A DNA stretch of 64,000 nt, taken from an uncultured Bdellovibrionales bacterium. GTDB taxonomy: Bacteria; Patescibacteriota; Minisyncoccia; Moranbacterales; UBA11712. The translations under genes were made by a program, and so were the position numbers. The notes under the pieces were generated by a model. That model saw only the letters and a program-made list of their open reading frames with translations. It was not told the DNA's origin and did not search any database. The number at the start of each line of letters is the position of its first letter. The stretch's first letter is position 1. Of this stretch, positions 19,194 to 29,429 are shown in pieces. The stretch is from contig CAZFIH010000001.1 of NCBI GenBank assembly GCA_964519445.1, positions 2,144 through 66,143 on the forward strand. The letters are read 5' to 3'.

Positions 19194-19883
19194 TCACATG
19201 ATTATATCCGCTTCGTTTGATGGAAGTTCCGGAAGAGGATTCTCGTCTTTCAATTCTTGATTTTCCGGATTTTCTTCCGATTTTTCGTAATTATTTGATT
19301 CATCGAAAAGATTTTCCATCAGCCGCGTTCGATCCTCCGAATTTTCATTTTCCGCCGCCTCCGCTGATTCAAGCGATGCGTCTTTCTCGATCACATCATT
19401 GATTTCTTCTTCTGCTTCATATGCTTCGGGAGGATTTTCAAGAAGATATTGTTCCGGATCACTGCACAATTCCCCGGTGGATTCATCTTCGGGCGCGCAA
19501 AAAATTTCTTCGCATTCCGATTCTCCCGGCTGGCAAGCAAAAGCGTCGCATTCTTCGTCTTGGGGATCACAGTTGGACATATTTTTGGCGTTGCGCCTGA
19601 CAATCTTGTAGTACCAAATGTCTTCGTCGGGAATTCCGGTGCATCTCTCCCATTCTTCAAGAGATTCGGGATCGCATTCCCAGATGAAACAAGCATCGGT
19701 TTCTGGATCGCAGTCAACTTGAGCTTGAATGATATAATCGGCTTTCACGATGTATCTCCAGTAAGTTATTCCCAGAGAGACAAGAACAAGAATCGCCAAT
19801 GCTATGAAAAATATTTTTGAGCGAAGGTCAACTTTTATTTCGCCCGTTTCGTTTTTATTTTCTTTTTCCAGTGTCAATCTCAT
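19194..19883 (-). CDS. Membrane-anchored Cys-rich acidic hypothetical protein
   Basis: Single TM, CDPETDACFIWECDP...CQPGESECEEIFC, acidic tail. Confidence 0.75.
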   Translation of the reverse strand: MRLTLEKENKNETGEIKVDLRSKIFFIALAILVLVSLGITYWRYIVKADYIIQAQVDCDPETDACFIWECDPESLEEWERCTGIPDEDIWYYKIVRRNAKNMSNCDPQDEECDAFACQPGESECEEIFCAPEDESTGELCSDPEQYLLENPPEAYEAEEEINDVIEKDASLESAEAAENENSEDRTRLMENLFDESNNYEKSEENPENQELKDENPLPELPSNEADIIM

Positions 19884-19898
19884 AAATCCAGTATAACA

Positions 19899-21743
19899 TC
19901 ACTTCCTCAAAACCGCCAAAAAGGCGGAGGTGGGGATTTCGACCTTGCCGAACTGGGTCATGCGTTTTTTTCCTTTTTTTTGCTTTTCAAGAAGCTTTCG
20001 CTTTCGGGTGACATCTCCGCCGTAGAGCTTGGCCGTGACGTCTTTTCGGAAAGCTTTTACTGTTTCCCGGGCGAGAATTTTCCCGCCGACCGTGGCCTGA
20101 ATGGCGACTTGAAAGCTCTGCCTCGGGACCACATCTTTCAGTTTTTCCACAATCCCTTTTCCTTCCGAATAGGCTTTTTCTTTGGGAACGACGCGCGAAA
20201 ATGCGTCCACCTTCTCACCGGCGACCAATATATCGAGTTTCACCAGGTCATTGGGTCGGTATCCAATAAGTTCGTAGCTCATGGAAGCAAATCCGCTTGA
20301 AACGCTTTTTAATTTGTCATGGAGGTCAATGATGATGTCGATGAGCGGCACCTCGAACGCGAGAACCAGCCGCTCGCTGTCGAGATAGTCGGTGTTCTTA
20401 TATTCGCCCCGGACAGTCCGCATAAGCTCCATCAGCTGGCCCAGATATTTCGCGGGAGAAAAAATATCCAGCTTCACGTAGGGCTCTTCGATGGATTCAA
20501 TAACCGAGGGATCAGGCAATTCAAGGGGAGAATAAATATTTCGCGGCCTGTCTTCTTTTGATTTGATCTTCACTTTATACACCACACTGGGCGTTGTAAT
20601 CACCGGTTCAATCTCAAACTCGCGGCGCAAGCGTTCCTGGAAGATTTCCATATGAAGAAGTCCGAGAAAGCCGCAGCGAAATCCCCGGCCAAGAGCCAGG
20701 CTCGATTCCGGCTCAAAGGAAAAAGCGGCGTCGTTGAGTTTCAATTTTCCGAGCGCGTCGCGCATGAAGTTGTAGTCATCCCCTTCTTTTGGATAGAAGC
20801 TGGCGTAGACAACGGGTTTTATTTCCCGATATCCCGGTAATTTTGCTATTTTATTTTTGATATTTAATATGGTTATCGTGTCTCCCACCCGGCAGTCTTC
20901 GACGCTTTTGAAACCGGTGGCGATATATCCGATGTCACCGGCCGTGAGCATTTCTGCCTTTTTGAGTTCCGGAGAAAAAATACCGGTTTCAATGGCCGAA
21001 CTTTCTTTTCCGGTGGCCATCGCGACAATGTCGTCTTCTGCTTTCACTTCTCCGTCGATGATTCGGATATAGGCCAAAACGCCTTTATAGACGTCGTATT
21101 TTGAATCGAAAATAAGAGCCCGAAGCGGCTTTAGGGCATCTCCTTTCGGCGGAGGAATTTTTGCGACAACAGCTCGAAGAATTTGCTCAACGCCCTCCCC
21201 CGTTTTTCCGCTGGCAAGGATTATTTCATCTTCGGAACATTCCAGCAGGTGAATTATTTCTTTTTTGACTCTTTCTATTTCAGCGTTGGGAAGGTCAATT
21301 TTGTTGACGACCGGAATGATTTCCAGATTCTGCTCAACGGCTTGGTACAAATTGGCGACTGTCTGGGCTTGAACGCCCTTGGTCGCGTCCACGAGCAAAA
21401 TCGCCCCCTCTACCGCCGCCAGCGAGCGGGAAACTTCATACGAAAAATCGACATGACCGGGAGTATCTATAAGATTCAAAATATAGTAATCCGGTCGCGA
21501 AGCGACACCAAAATTTTGAATTTTGAATTTTGAATTTTGCATTTCAAGCTTCATCCTTACCGGTTGCAGTTTGATAGTTATTCCCCTTTCCCGCTCTAGA
21601 TCCATTGTGTCAAGAAGCTGGTCTTTCATTTTCCGCTCTTCGACGGTCTTGGTTATTTCCAATATCCGATCGGCAAGCGTGGACTTACCATGATCAATAT
21701 GGGCTATAATACAAAAATTTCGGATGTTTTGTTGATTATTCAT
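19899..21743 (-). CDS. lepA: Translation elongation factor 4 (LepA)
   Basis: IRNFCIIAHIDHGKSTLADR, DTPGHVDFSYEVSRSL, GFRCGFLGLLH, KLYGGDVTRKRKLLEKQKKGKKRM. Confidence 0.98.
   Translation of the reverse strand: MNNQQNIRNFCIIAHIDHGKSTLADRILEITKTVEERKMKDQLLDTMDLERERGITIKLQPVRMKLEMQNSKFKIQNFGVASRPDYYILNLIDTPGHVDFSYEVSRSLAAVEGAILLVDATKGVQAQTVANLYQAVEQNLEIIPVVNKIDLPNAEIERVKKEIIHLLECSEDEIILASGKTGEGVEQILRAVVAKIPPPKGDALKPLRALIFDSKYDVYKGVLAYIRIIDGEVKAEDDIVAMATGKESSAIETGIFSPELKKAEMLTAGDIGYIATGFKSVEDCRVGDTITILNIKNKIAKLPGYREIKPVVYASFYPKEGDDYNFMRDALGKLKLNDAAFSFEPESSLALGRGFRCGFLGLLHMEIFQERLRREFEIEPVITTPSVVYKVKIKSKEDRPRNIYSPLELPDPSVIESIEEPYVKLDIFSPAKYLGQLMELMRTVRGEYKNTDYLDSERLVLAFEVPLIDIIIDLHDKLKSVSSGFASMSYELIGYRPNDLVKLDILVAGEKVDAFSRVVPKEKAYSEGKGIVEKLKDVVPRQSFQVAIQATVGGKILARETVKAFRKDVTAKLYGGDVTRKRKLLEKQKKGKKRMTQFGKVEIPTSAFLAVLRK
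21494..21545. repeat. In-frame repeat-derived insertion inside lepA (AATTTTG x4)
   Basis: Four perfect heptamers at 21512-21539 preceded by GTCGCGAAGCGACACCAAA, which has a near-copy at 21789-21808. Confidence 0.8.
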
Positions 21744-21788
21744 ATTCTTAAATCTAGCTCATTTCCCTATTTTTGCAAATAAAAAATA

Positions 21789-21862
21789 GTCGCGTAAGCG
21801 ACACCAAATATTTTGCATTCCTGCCCGTAGGCAGGCAGGTTGATTTTTGATATTTGATTTTT
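21789..21862. repeat. ATTTTG-family element carrying a 20-nt CCTGCCCGTAGGCAGGCAGG insert
   Basis: TTTTGCATT|insert 21820-21839|TTGATTTTTGATATTTGA. Confidence 0.7.
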
Positions 21863-21865
21863 TTT

Positions 21866-23500
21866 CTATATCCCGCTCGCTTGCGTCGGGTCTTCGGGAA
21901 TGGTCGGGCGGGCTCGCAGGAATTTTCCGGAAAGGAGTTTCTTAACTATTTCAAATTCCTCCATCTTGAGAAGCCAGGTGACGAAGAGATATACGCCTAT
22001 GCCCAAGGATCCGCTGATCGCAAGTTGAGCAAAAACGGCCAGAAATGTATCCAAAGTGATGAAGGGGTCGATGGCATATTTAGCGGCTTGAGCAATCGAT
22101 CCGGCGATAATGGTTGCAAGGGATATCCGGAAAAGGGAAGAAATAATTCTTTTGTCCGCGAAAACGTTCATTTTCTTGTTGAGGATGAAAAAAAGGAGCC
22201 CCATATTGACGATGCTGGCGATGGTAAAGGCCCAAACAAGCCCCAGAACGCCGTAGAATTGAGCGAGATATATGGCCAAAACCACGTTCACAATTTCGCC
22301 GACCAGTCCGGTAAAAAACGGTATTCTCGTATTTTGAATGGCATAGAACGACCTGGCAAGAAGCGGGATCAAGCCTTGAGCGAAAAGACTGAAAGCGAAA
22401 ATCCCGAGTGCTTGGAAAGTGAGAATCGTGTCTTCCCAGTCGAATTTTCCGGCTCCGAGAACCACTCTCACAATTTGGGCCCGCAGGATAATAAGAAGGA
22501 TACTGGCCGGGAGAATGAAGTAGAGAGTCTGCCGAAGAGTCTTCGAAAAATTTTCAATGAAAATATTTTTTTCTTCTTTCACCGCGTGGTGGGCCAGGGT
22601 CGGAAAGACAGCCAAAGCAAACGGGATGGCAAATATGCCGACGGGAAAGTTTTGAAGATTGTTGGCAAAATTGAAAACAGCCAGACTGCCGGCAGTCAGA
22701 GTGGAAGCGATGATAGTGATAACCAGAAGATTGATTTGGGCCATGGCAAGTCCCATCGTCCGGGGGATCATCAACCGCACCACTTTTCGAAAATAGGGGT
22801 CTTTGAAATCCAGAGACGGTCGAAAGCTGAAGCCGGTGACTTTGACTACCGGATACTGAATGAACATATGAAGGAAGGCCCCCAGGATGACTCCCCAGGC
22901 CAGGCCGGCGATGCCCGTGAATTGAACGAAGAACACGGCACCGATGATGATTCCCAGATTATACAAAATTGGAGCGAGAGAATAGACCAGGAATCTCTTG
23001 AAGGAATTAAGGATTCCGCCAAACACCCCGCTCACTCCGAGAAGTATGGGGCTCAAGAACATTATTCTCGTGAGATGAATCACCTGATCCAGTTTTTCGC
23101 CGGAAAAGCCGGGAGTGACAAGCTTCATGAGCTGGGGCGTGAAGATGGCGAAGACGATGCTAATCACTGCCAAAACAAGAAGGACGGTGCTCAAAAGGCA
23201 GTTGGCTAGTTTCCAGGCTTCACTTTCGTCATCTTTCGCCAGAAGTCCCGTGAAAACCGGAATGAAAGCGGCGCTCAAAGCTCCCAGGACGAGAAGATTA
23301 TAGATAAGATCCGGTACGCGAAAAGCGGCATAGTACACATCCAGAGCATCCCCGGCTCCGAACTGGGCCGCCAGGATCCTGTCGCGGACAAGTCCCAGGA
23401 GCCGGCTCAAAACCCCCGCCGCGCCAATTATCAGCGCGGCGGAGTTGATTGAATTGGAGGGGGTGGAATTTAGTATTCTATGGGTAAGGGTTTTGATCAT
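21866..23500 (-). CDS. murJ: Lipid II flippase MurJ
   Basis: SRLLGLVRDRILAAQFGAG, DVYYAAFRVPD, LSAAFIPVF; multi-TM. Confidence 0.95.
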   Translation of the reverse strand: MIKTLTHRILNSTPSNSINSAALIIGAAGVLSRLLGLVRDRILAAQFGAGDALDVYYAAFRVPDLIYNLLVLGALSAAFIPVFTGLLAKDDESEAWKLANCLLSTVLLVLAVISIVFAIFTPQLMKLVTPGFSGEKLDQVIHLTRIMFLSPILLGVSGVFGGILNSFKRFLVYSLAPILYNLGIIIGAVFFVQFTGIAGLAWGVILGAFLHMFIQYPVVKVTGFSFRPSLDFKDPYFRKVVRLMIPRTMGLAMAQINLLVITIIASTLTAGSLAVFNFANNLQNFPVGIFAIPFALAVFPTLAHHAVKEEKNIFIENFSKTLRQTLYFILPASILLIILRAQIVRVVLGAGKFDWEDTILTFQALGIFAFSLFAQGLIPLLARSFYAIQNTRIPFFTGLVGEIVNVVLAIYLAQFYGVLGLVWAFTIASIVNMGLLFFILNKKMNVFADKRIISSLFRISLATIIAGSIAQAAKYAIDPFITLDTFLAVFAQLAISGSLGIGVYLFVTWLLKMEEFEIVKKLLSGKFLRARPTIPEDPTQASGI

Positions 23501-23632
23501 GGTTAGCTAAGCCGCAGGGAAACATATTTAGGCAGTAGGTAGAGCTATAAGTGGTAAGCTGTAAGTTATTGCTTAAAACACCCATGACCTAAGCCTACAT
23601 CCTAACCTGCTGCTTCTTCCCTATTTCCCCTG

Positions 23633-26218
23633 CTACTTACGTTCTATCGCCATTCCAACATATTTATCCGCGTTCAAAATTGTTTCCACTTGAAAAGTGT
23701 TCCCGTTCCGATTGACGCTTTCCGGCCAGTGCCAGACGGTTTTCATGCTGTCCGGCAGAGTTATTTTTGAGTCCAAGCGGCTTCCCTGGCTTCCCGACTG
23801 TTTTTGATACAGCACCGAAAAAGAATCGGCCGGATGGTGAAGATTGTCAAATTTGACTTGGAACGGCAGACGGTACTTGTAGCGCATCGTGACGCTTTCG
23901 CCCGGACTCACATAAACCCAGTTGGCAAAGACCGTCTTGCGGTTTTCGGTGTAAATTTTTGTTCCCGTTTCTTCATCTGTCCGCAAAGAATCCCGATTGG
24001 CCTCGACTTGAGGATCGGCCTTAAAGTTGAGCGAATTGTAGTCAAGGGGCGGTGAAACGAACTCGCGGGTTTGACCCTCGGCTTCAAGAAGGGCGGAGCC
24101 TTCCGGAACATAAACGCGCATCCAATCCCCGTTCACCTTGTTCCACCAGTCGTATTTTTCATTTCCTCCCTTGTGAACTCTCGTTATTTCAACCGTGTCA
24201 ACAATGCTTCCGTCGCTTTGAATTTCAATTTGATGTCTAATATTCTCGTCTATGACGCCGTCCGTTTTGTACCCGTTGATGTTTGTGTTTATGACGCTCA
24301 AATAATCTTTTGGGGTATTGAGAATTTCTCCCGACCAGCCTTCTTTGGAAATAAGATTTTGGATGTTGTAGTTTTTTGAGTAAAGAAGCAGATGCTTCTC
24401 CCGGAGAGCTTCATTGAGAGCCGAAAGAGTTTTCACGATTTTGGCAACGTCTTTGGCGTTCAAAACCTCATCCAGTACTTTGGGGGTCAAATCGGCAATG
24501 AATTTTTTGGGGCGGTTTTCCTCTTTGTCGTAGTCGACCTCGACTTCATATTGAGTTTTTTCAATGAAATTGCGGGCGTCCACCGTCGTGCCGTATTCGG
24601 GCATTTCAATGGGTCCGGTTATCTCCAGCAGATTCTGAATCAAGTTCGGAGTAATCGCAACAACTCCGTCCACGGTAGGCCCTCCCGTTTTTTCATAGAA
24701 AAGCGACACTTTTTCAGCTGATGTCGGGAAATCCGGAAACCAGTTGGCGTCGTGCATCGTCCAAACAGCGCTCATTTTCTGAATTGGCTCGGGCGGAATG
24801 ACGCGGGCCTGGAGTTGGCCGTCCGGGTTATATATGTTGTCAACAAAGAGATTTTTTATCCTTCCGTCTCTTATGTCGAGAATTCCGTAGCTTCCGATAA
24901 AGCCGCCAGTGGCTCTCATTTCCTGATTATTTTGAAAAAGGAAGAGAAATTTTCGCTGGCCGTGGTAGCCGAGGACGTCGAGAAAAATTTCAGAATAATC
25001 AAGAAAATTTTCGAGATTGCTTGTTATGACAGGCAATTTTTCCTTGAGGGTCAAAAATTGAGGCTTCATTTCGTCCGGCAGATCGTCGATATTGACTTTG
25101 TTGATGTTTTCTTCCGCTTCCTTCATATCGTTATTGGCTTTTTCGATCCCCTTTTGGAGGTTCAAAAATATTTCCGTGAGCGACGGTCTTTCGGTGCTGT
25201 CGCCCGAGAGCGGGTTTTGAAATGATCCAAGGACCGATGTGGATTCAGAAATGTTTTTTCCGGCAAGAGCCAGATTTTCTCCGGCCGCGAGCACATAGTT
25301 GGCGCTGGCTACTTTTGAAATTCCCGGAATGAATCGGAGCACCTCGCTGAATTTTCCGCCCATTGACGATATGTCTTCCTTGGCTTCGGAAAGAATTTGG
25401 TATGATTCTTCGAAGTTGGCGGCGGCCCCGCCAAATTGTCCGGAAGAAAGGTTGTTTTGCGCCTGGACGAATCCGCTCAAGGCCGCTTGCCCGCTTTCAG
25501 TTATCCGGGCTTCCATGTCAAAGCCTTTTTGAAGATAAGCCATTCCCGGAAGCGCGAGGGAAAAGACGGCAAGGACCGATGCGAATGTGCCGATATATTT
25601 GAGCCTAAGAGGGAATGGTATTGTGTCAGTTTCTCTTTTTCTCCTGATTTTTTGGTTTGGCTTTTTATCTTCAAGCAAACTCAAAATATTATCGGCGGAC
25701 TGGTCGATTTCGCTTTCTTTTGACGGGGAAAATGAAGGGGAATCTTCGGGTCGGAAAAAGCCATCGATCTCTGTCTTTTTTTTGATAATTTTTTCTTCCA
25801 AGAATTGCCGATCGGTTTTTTGAAAGTATTCTTTTTTTGGCTTTGTTTCTGGTTCAAAATGATCCTCGGGAGCGGCCGGCGGTTCCGGAACCTTGGAAAT
25901 GGAAATGCAGTCATAAGGAACGACTTTTCCCATCTGAATGGCGTTGGCACGTCGTCTTCGTTGCTTTTCTATAGTTTTTTTCCGGGAAGACAAATAGCTT
26001 TTCTTCGGAAGAGGCGCGATTTCTCCATATGGAGTATAACTTTTTTTCAAGTCGGATATGCGCTTCTGTTTGTTTCTTGCCAAATTATCTTTTCTCTCGC
26101 GGCCAATGACGGCAGTTCTTTTCAATCCTTTGATTCTGTTCATATCCAAAGACCCGTCTGCCTTCACGGGACGCACATCGAACATTTCGGAAAAAATATT
26201 TTTTCGTCTTGATGGCAT
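23633..26218 (-). CDS. DUF4012 domain-containing membrane-anchored protein
   Basis: FLFLFQNNQEMRATGGFIGSYG, DANWFPDFPTSA and VDGVVAI motifs. Confidence 0.9.
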   Translation of the reverse strand: MPSRRKNIFSEMFDVRPVKADGSLDMNRIKGLKRTAVIGRERKDNLARNKQKRISDLKKSYTPYGEIAPLPKKSYLSSRKKTIEKQRRRRANAIQMGKVVPYDCISISKVPEPPAAPEDHFEPETKPKKEYFQKTDRQFLEEKIIKKKTEIDGFFRPEDSPSFSPSKESEIDQSADNILSLLEDKKPNQKIRRKRETDTIPFPLRLKYIGTFASVLAVFSLALPGMAYLQKGFDMEARITESGQAALSGFVQAQNNLSSGQFGGAAANFEESYQILSEAKEDISSMGGKFSEVLRFIPGISKVASANYVLAAGENLALAGKNISESTSVLGSFQNPLSGDSTERPSLTEIFLNLQKGIEKANNDMKEAEENINKVNIDDLPDEMKPQFLTLKEKLPVITSNLENFLDYSEIFLDVLGYHGQRKFLFLFQNNQEMRATGGFIGSYGILDIRDGRIKNLFVDNIYNPDGQLQARVIPPEPIQKMSAVWTMHDANWFPDFPTSAEKVSLFYEKTGGPTVDGVVAITPNLIQNLLEITGPIEMPEYGTTVDARNFIEKTQYEVEVDYDKEENRPKKFIADLTPKVLDEVLNAKDVAKIVKTLSALNEALREKHLLLYSKNYNIQNLISKEGWSGEILNTPKDYLSVINTNINGYKTDGVIDENIRHQIEIQSDGSIVDTVEITRVHKGGNEKYDWWNKVNGDWMRVYVPEGSALLEAEGQTREFVSPPLDYNSLNFKADPQVEANRDSLRTDEETGTKIYTENRKTVFANWVYVSPGESVTMRYKYRLPFQVKFDNLHHPADSFSVLYQKQSGSQGSRLDSKITLPDSMKTVWHWPESVNRNGNTFQVETILNADKYVGMAIERK

Positions 26219-26227
26219 ACTGTTCCT

Positions 26228-26362
26228 TGCGAATTTTAGAATTTTCTTTACGAAATACGAATTTTGCGAAATACGAAAAAGTTAAAATAGCAGAACATTT
26301 TTTCACTAATCAACCAATCAATATTTGAACATCTGTTTCGTATTTCGTTGTTCGTAAATACG
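26228..26362. repeat. ACGAA-family inverted-repeat element
   Basis: TTTACGAAATACGAATTTTGCGAAATACGAAA arm versus TTTCGTATTTCGTTGTTCGTAAA arm. Confidence 0.7.
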
Positions 26363-27484
26363 CTATGCGCAGTTTTTATAAATATCCAGCGTCTCCCTCG
26401 CCATTTTTTCCCAACTGTATTTTTTTACCTGCTTGTGACCTCCTGAAATGAGTTTTTGCCGGACCTCTCCGTTGGTTGCGACTTTTTCAATGGTCTCTGC
26501 CATTTCCGTAAGCGCTTGGGGGTCGAAATAGCAGGCGGCGTCGCCGAGAATTTCCGGAAGACAAGAAGCATTCGAACTGGCGACGGGAAGATTCCAGCTC
26601 ATGGCTTCAAGCGGAGGAAGGCCGAAGCCTTCGTAGAGCGACGGAAAAATATAGAGCAGGGCTTCCTTATAGAGGGTCCCCAGCTCGCCGTCCGGAACAA
26701 AATCAGTGAAAATAACTTGCCTTATTCGATTGTCTTTCACGAATTTTTTCAGTCGCCTGTAGAAATAGTCTTCTTTCCCCACCAGAACCAGATGAAGGTG
26801 AGGATGCTTCCGCACGAATTCCCTAAACACCAAAACAAGCCTCTCCAGGTTTTTATGAGGATAGGCGTTTCCCACGTACAAAATGTACGGCTTTATTATA
26901 CCATATTTTTTGTGAATCTGTTGAGGGCTGGCTCGTAGAGGCTCAAGAGTCCTGTCGACCGCTTCCAGAGTAACGGCTATTTTCCTCGAAGAAACGCGAA
27001 AGTGCTTCAAAATATCTTTTTTTGTGAATCGGGAAACAGCGATGATTTTTTCTGATTTTTTGACGGCGTTTCGTATGACGATCCGGTGGGCTATTTTTTT
27101 GAGAAAATAATAGAATGGCGACAAAGTCGTGGCGCGCTGAGTGGGAAAATGAAACAGGATCAGATCGTGAATAGTGACAACGAATTTTCCTTTCCAGAAA
27201 ACGGGAACGTTGAAATGCGGAAAATGGACCAGGTCGAGATTGTATTTTTTGAGTATTCGCGGAAAAAACACCTGTTCGCGGACTCCATACCAGGGAATAT
27301 TGGCCAACACCTTCGAGAAATTCTTGTTGGCCGGCTGATATTCATCCCAGTTTTCTTTTCGGAGAAAAATGAAAAATTTGTCTTCTGAAGACACTTTTTC
27401 CAGGTTCTCTATCAGTTTTTGGGTATAGCGGCCAAGTCCTTTTCCGAGAGATCCGTAAAAACGGGCGTCGATTCCAATTCTCAT
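26363..27484 (-). CDS. Glycosyltransferase family 4
   Basis: MRIGIDAR, VTIHDLI, YPHKNL, PSLYEGFGLPPLEAM. Confidence 0.95.
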   Translation of the reverse strand: MRIGIDARFYGSLGKGLGRYTQKLIENLEKVSSEDKFFIFLRKENWDEYQPANKNFSKVLANIPWYGVREQVFFPRILKKYNLDLVHFPHFNVPVFWKGKFVVTIHDLILFHFPTQRATTLSPFYYFLKKIAHRIVIRNAVKKSEKIIAVSRFTKKDILKHFRVSSRKIAVTLEAVDRTLEPLRASPQQIHKKYGIIKPYILYVGNAYPHKNLERLVLVFREFVRKHPHLHLVLVGKEDYFYRRLKKFVKDNRIRQVIFTDFVPDGELGTLYKEALLYIFPSLYEGFGLPPLEAMSWNLPVASSNASCLPEILGDAACYFDPQALTEMAETIEKVATNGEVRQKLISGGHKQVKKYSWEKMARETLDIYKNCA

Positions 27485-27488
27485 ATTG

Positions 27489-27580
27489 ACTCGCGCCTGC
27501 CTGCCGGCAGGCAGGAATTGTGAGTGGATTAAAACGAATGGGAGCGAATGATTCGTTCCAATTCGTACGCAATTCGTTCT
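27489..27580. repeat. ~92-bp intergenic element with a 20-bp palindromic insert CCTGCCTGCCGGCAGGCAGG
   Basis: Homologous to 28719-28812; perfect palindrome at 27496-27515. Confidence 0.85.
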
Positions 27581-28714
27581 TCAATTTGTGAGTATTTTTA
27601 ATGTTTCATTGGCGCATTTCCTCCAGCTGAATTTTCGGGCTTGTTCCAGTCCTCTTTGACGGAGCGTTGTTTGGAGCTTTTCGTCTCCGAGTATAGACTT
27701 CATAGCTTCGCGTAACTGCTCGGGACGATTTGGGTCAATTGCTATGGCCGATTTTCCGGCAACTTGCGGAATCGAGGAATTATGAGAGGTGATTACCGGC
27801 GTTCCGCAGGCCATCGCCTCGAGGACCGGCAGGCCAAATCCCTCAAAATGGGAGGGATAGACAAAAAGGGAGGCCAAATTGTATAAGAAAGGCTTGTCGT
27901 CTTTGGCGACGTACCCAATGGAAAAAATGCCGTTTTTTTCCCGATTGAAAATATCCGTATATTGCCTGCTGATGTTTCCGGCAAAAACCAGTTTGCACCT
28001 TCCGAACTGCGCGTTGACTTTTTGAAAATCCTTGAAAGCCTCGATGATTGAAACTATATTTTTTCGCGGCTCGATATTGCCAAGATACAATATGTATTTG
28101 TATGGGAGTCCGTATTTCTTCTGGATCTCGAGGAGTTTTGGATCATTTCGATCAATAATTCTATATTCTTCTCCGACACCGTGCCGAACAACCCGCACTT
28201 TTTCCGGCGAAATGCCGTATATATTTTCCAAATCAGTTTTTGTTGATTTGGAAACCGCGATAACGGAATCAGAATTTCGGGCGATTTTTCGGGGATTCAC
28301 AAACCATGAATGCCAGAGCATGGTTTTGTGCCGGAAGAATTCCGGAAAATACTCAAAAGAAAGATCGTGAAAAGTGGTGACGAATTTGCAATTCCGGCTG
28401 ACGGTTAAAAAATTTATATTGGGTGCGAAAAAAACGTCGACTCCGCCGATCAGCTTGTCCAGTTTCGGCCAATTCAGGTACCAAAGAAAAAGATTCAGCA
28501 GCTTGTTGGGAAATCGAAATCTGGCCAGCTTGACATTGGAATATTCATCGATAAAAGAAAAATTCTCGTTTTGATTTCGAAAGGCATTGGAGAAAATAAT
28601 ATAGTCGTTTTTTCTGTCCGCTTCCAGCAAACAACGAATGATCTCCAGCGTGTACTCGCCTACTCCGGAAATATTTTCTTCCTCCAGGCTTCTCAAGTCG
28701 ATGCCAATCCTCAT
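27581..28714 (-). CDS. Glycosyltransferase family 4
   Basis: MRIGIDLR, TFHDLSF, EPRKNI, PSHFEGFGLPVLEAMACG. Confidence 0.95.
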   Translation of the reverse strand: MRIGIDLRSLEEENISGVGEYTLEIIRCLLEADRKNDYIIFSNAFRNQNENFSFIDEYSNVKLARFRFPNKLLNLFLWYLNWPKLDKLIGGVDVFFAPNINFLTVSRNCKFVTTFHDLSFEYFPEFFRHKTMLWHSWFVNPRKIARNSDSVIAVSKSTKTDLENIYGISPEKVRVVRHGVGEEYRIIDRNDPKLLEIQKKYGLPYKYILYLGNIEPRKNIVSIIEAFKDFQKVNAQFGRCKLVFAGNISRQYTDIFNREKNGIFSIGYVAKDDKPFLYNLASLFVYPSHFEGFGLPVLEAMACGTPVITSHNSSIPQVAGKSAIAIDPNRPEQLREAMKSILGDEKLQTTLRQRGLEQARKFSWRKCANETLKILTN

Positions 28715-28718
28715 AAAA

Positions 28719-28812
28719 ACTCGCGCCTGCCGGCAGGCAGGCAGGAATTAGGAGTGAATTAGAAACGTGTGAAAACGAACTTTTCGTTCCGATTCGCGTG
28801 GAATTCGTTCTC
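28719..28812. repeat. ~94-bp intergenic element with 20-nt insert CCTGCCGGCAGGCAGGCAGG
   Basis: Direct-repeat homolog of 27489-27580. Confidence 0.85.
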
Positions 28813-29424
28813 TCATTCGTGAGTTATATAATGCTTCCCGAAAGCCGCAAGTGTTCCGAGAAACAGCCCCGCCAAGATAGCTGCCAAAAGATTGATTCTC
28901 AAATCCTGTCTGTTTCTGGCTGCGACAAAATCAGAAGATTCGACCACAAACCAGTTGGGATCCTGGGATGCGGCGTTCAGCGCGTTTGTTTTTTCGCTTA
29001 TGACGTCCTCGATGGAATCGGCCAATTTTTTGGCCTCTTCTTCATTTTGGGTTGAATAATTCACCCGAATGACATTGGATGCAATTTTTTCCGGACGAAA
29101 ACTTTTGGAAAGCTGTCGAACAGTTTTTCCTCCCGGATCAAGCTCCGCTTTTTCCAGAATCGATCTTGAAACGCCGGCTGATTTGAGCCAGACTTCAATG
29201 GCTTCAGCGAATTTTTCATCGGCCTGCAGGCGATAGAACTGGTCATAGCGGTAGTCAGAAGAGGACTGGAAATTGTTCCGGCTGATTTCAAGCAGTTGGG
29301 AGGCGGAATAGCTCTCCGACATTCGAACTGACCAGGCGTAAGCGGCAACGATGGAAATCAAAACGACGTAAATTACGACGGAAATGTGATGCCTCCATAT
29401 TTTGTAATATTCTCGGAGTTCCAT
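28813..29424 (-). CDS. Wzz/YveK-like polysaccharide chain-length determinant
   Basis: MELREYYKI start; two terminal TMs flanking an extracellular domain; in the glycan locus. Confidence 0.75.
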   Translation of the reverse strand: MELREYYKIWRHHISVVIYVVLISIVAAYAWSVRMSESYSASQLLEISRNNFQSSSDYRYDQFYRLQADEKFAEAIEVWLKSAGVSRSILEKAELDPGGKTVRQLSKSFRPEKIASNVIRVNYSTQNEEEAKKLADSIEDVISEKTNALNAASQDPNWFVVESSDFVAARNRQDLRINLLAAILAGLFLGTLAAFGKHYITHE

Positions 29425-29429
29425 AAGTT

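Noticed and set aside
21854-23209. 451-aa plus-strand ORF
   Set aside because: Lies antisense to murJ; a typical shadow of a hydrophobic gene.
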